A model generated the notes under the pieces. The model was not told the DNA's origin and ran no database searches. It worked only from the letters and a program-made list of their open reading frames with translations. This document shows, piece after piece, positions 63,195-64,000 of a stretch of DNA of 64,000 bases; the first letter of the stretch is position 1, and each line of letters opens with the position of its first letter. The stretch comes from Selaginella moellendorffii (taxonomy: Eukaryota; Plantae; Lycopodiophyta): positions 136,480 to 200,479 of the forward strand of contig NW_003314371.1 in NCBI RefSeq assembly GCF_000143415.4. The letters run 5' to 3'. The position numbers and the translations under genes are program-made.

Positions 63195-64000
63195 AACTTA
63201 TGACATTGAACTATATAAAGAAAGGAACATAAGGATGCTGCTTTTCACTTGCAGGACAATCTTCGTGGATTAAAAGTTTTCAAATTTTTAAACAAAAATC
63301 CAGCTAGCTGTATGGAAGAACTTGTCAGTTTTGCTTTCTAGACAGGTGCAATGGAAATTCACAAGTTTGAGTTGCAGTTGGACTCTTGCATGTTTTTCCA
63401 CACCGTGTTGGGGACTCTTGTATCCTTGTGTGGATCACTGTTGGCAAATCGATTAAGTTTGTCATGTTTCCCTTCCCTTTGTGATGCTCAGAAGATTGCC
63501 TTTTATTTATTTCATATGATCAAAATAATGATTCACACAACATTTGCCAGTGCCCATCCCGCTCAAACAAGATCGTCCAACATTGCTCGAGCAAGAGAAA
63601 AACAGCAACTGCATGCGCTCGCTCAAATATTTCTCTCTTTCCCAGAATGAACATTCTGTGTTCCAATACGCTTAGTAGTGGTATGGAGGTGGTGGAGATT
63701 TGTACTTGTACACCGGAGGAGGTGGAGAATACACTGGCGGTGGTGGGGATTTGTACTTGTACACTGGAGGTGGTGGGGAGTAAACCGGAGGTGGCGGAGA
63801 CTTGTATTTGTACACTGGTGGAGGCGGGCTGTGAACCGGGGGTGGTGGAGATTTGTACTTGTAAACCGGTGGTGGTGGGCTGTGAACCGGGGGTGGCGGA
63901 GACTTGTATTTGTAAACTGGTGGTGGTGGGCTGTAAACCGGGGGTGGTGGAGATTTGTACTTGTAAACCGGGTGGTGGTGGGCTGTGAACTGGGGGTGGA
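63195..64000. repeat. Near-identical segmental duplicate of 57995-58805
   Basis: 3' flank and extensin 3' CDS are almost identical; paired ORFs 58133..58453 and 63351..63650. Confidence 0.95.
63672..64000 (-). CDS. Second extensin copy, 3' part (runs off the window)
   Basis: Same SPPPPVYKYK repeats and identical ...PPPPYHY* end. Confidence 0.92.
   Translation of the reverse strand, partial: HPQFTAHHHPVYKYKSPPPPVYSPPPPVYKYKSPPPPVHSPPPPVYKYKSPPPPVHSPPPPVYKYKSPPPPVYSPPPPVYKYKSPPPPVYSPPPPVYKYKSPPPPYHY

Overview
Eukaryotic plant DNA. The ~45-60 nt GT-AG introns, sub-200-bp intergenic spaces, telo-boxes and gene set suggest a Selaginella-like lycophyte (inference). The window has two halves. (1) 1-31 kb is a transposon block with three parts. 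A relatively young element (~1-9.8 kb) encodes one long spliced pseudogene (ParB-like domain, degenerate amino-methyltransferase fold, micro-exon linker, HAD/NIF phosphatase) and is laced with about 20 copies of the palindrome ATGGCRTG-N6-CAYGCCAT, many sitting one per intron. An older element (~12.1-18.4 kb) has a GCM-domain Mutator-like DDE transposase head-to-head with a ParB plus beta-class N4/N6 DNA methyltransferase gene. The rest is decayed chromovirus-type LTR retroelements with a 100-N gap. (2) 32-64 kb is gene-dense: a secreted Cys-repeat peptide precursor, PHIP1-like RRM protein, a split-barrel-like protein, NSF, a RING protein, DapF, RPS28, SKA2, SPT16, a catalytically altered HARBI1/ALP1-like protein, a CYP71-clan P450, HOS15, a GNAT, an MKK and two tandem extensins. 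The best candidate for an undescribed system is a Mutator/GCM-type DNA transposon family carrying ParB-DNA methyltransferase cargo, one relative of which is tiled with intron-hidden palindromic sites. All domain calls come from reading motifs by eye; no searches were run.
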